Below the pieces are notes generated by a model. That model was not told where the DNA came from and ran no database searches. It was given only the letters and a program-made list of their open reading frames with translations. Shown here in pieces: positions 14,059 through 14,097 of a stretch of 14,097 bases of DNA. How positions within the stretch are numbered: position 1 is the first letter of the stretch; each line of letters starts with the position of its first letter. A program made the translations under genes and the position numbers. The stretch comes from Thermoplasmata archaeon (GTDB lineage Archaea; Thermoplasmatota; SW-10-69-26; JACQPN01; JAJPHT01): the NCBI GenBank assembly GCA_034667685.1, contig JAXDQU010000087.1, forward strand, positions 1 to 14,097, given 5' to 3'.

Positions 14059-14097
14059 GGGCTCGGGGCTCTGGACTCTGGGCTCCGGAGCCCTGAG
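14059..14097. repeat. 7-bp-unit tandem repeat GG(G/A)CTCN turning into its inverted copy, cut by the window edge
   Basis: GGGCTCG GGGCTCT GGACTCT GGGCTCC | GGAGCCC TGAG, with a perfect 14-bp palindrome at 14080-14093. Confidence 0.75.

Overview
Very GC-rich, gene-dense archaeal DNA. The archaeal call rests on a full-length archaeosine tRNA-guanine transglycosylase (tgtA), TATA-like boxes about 25-30 nt before many start codons and a PGF-CTERM-like sorting tail. The proteins are not acidic, so a non-halophilic Thermoplasmatota-like lineage is my inference. There are about 17 CDSs: two tandem paralogous NEW3/COG1470-type membrane proteins, a surface-anchored gluzincin (HExxH-x18-E) metallopeptidase, a DUF1801 protein, queD, a small 4-Cys protein, small membrane proteins, a membrane-tethered double-wHTH regulator, tgtA, a membrane protein plus wHTH pair, an orphan HicB, a bactofilin-like beta-helix protein, an NAD kinase-wHTH fusion with a degenerate GGDG motif, and an Asp-box lipoprotein. 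Most long ORFs in the supplied track are GC-driven shadow frames, and many real starts lie downstream of the listed ones. The most unusual non-coding signal is a set of three intergenic short-unit repeats: a 6-bp-unit long hairpin between convergent genes, a 7-bp-unit palindrome at the right edge and a 9-bp-unit array at the left edge. I saw no CRISPR array, tRNA, rRNA or transposase.
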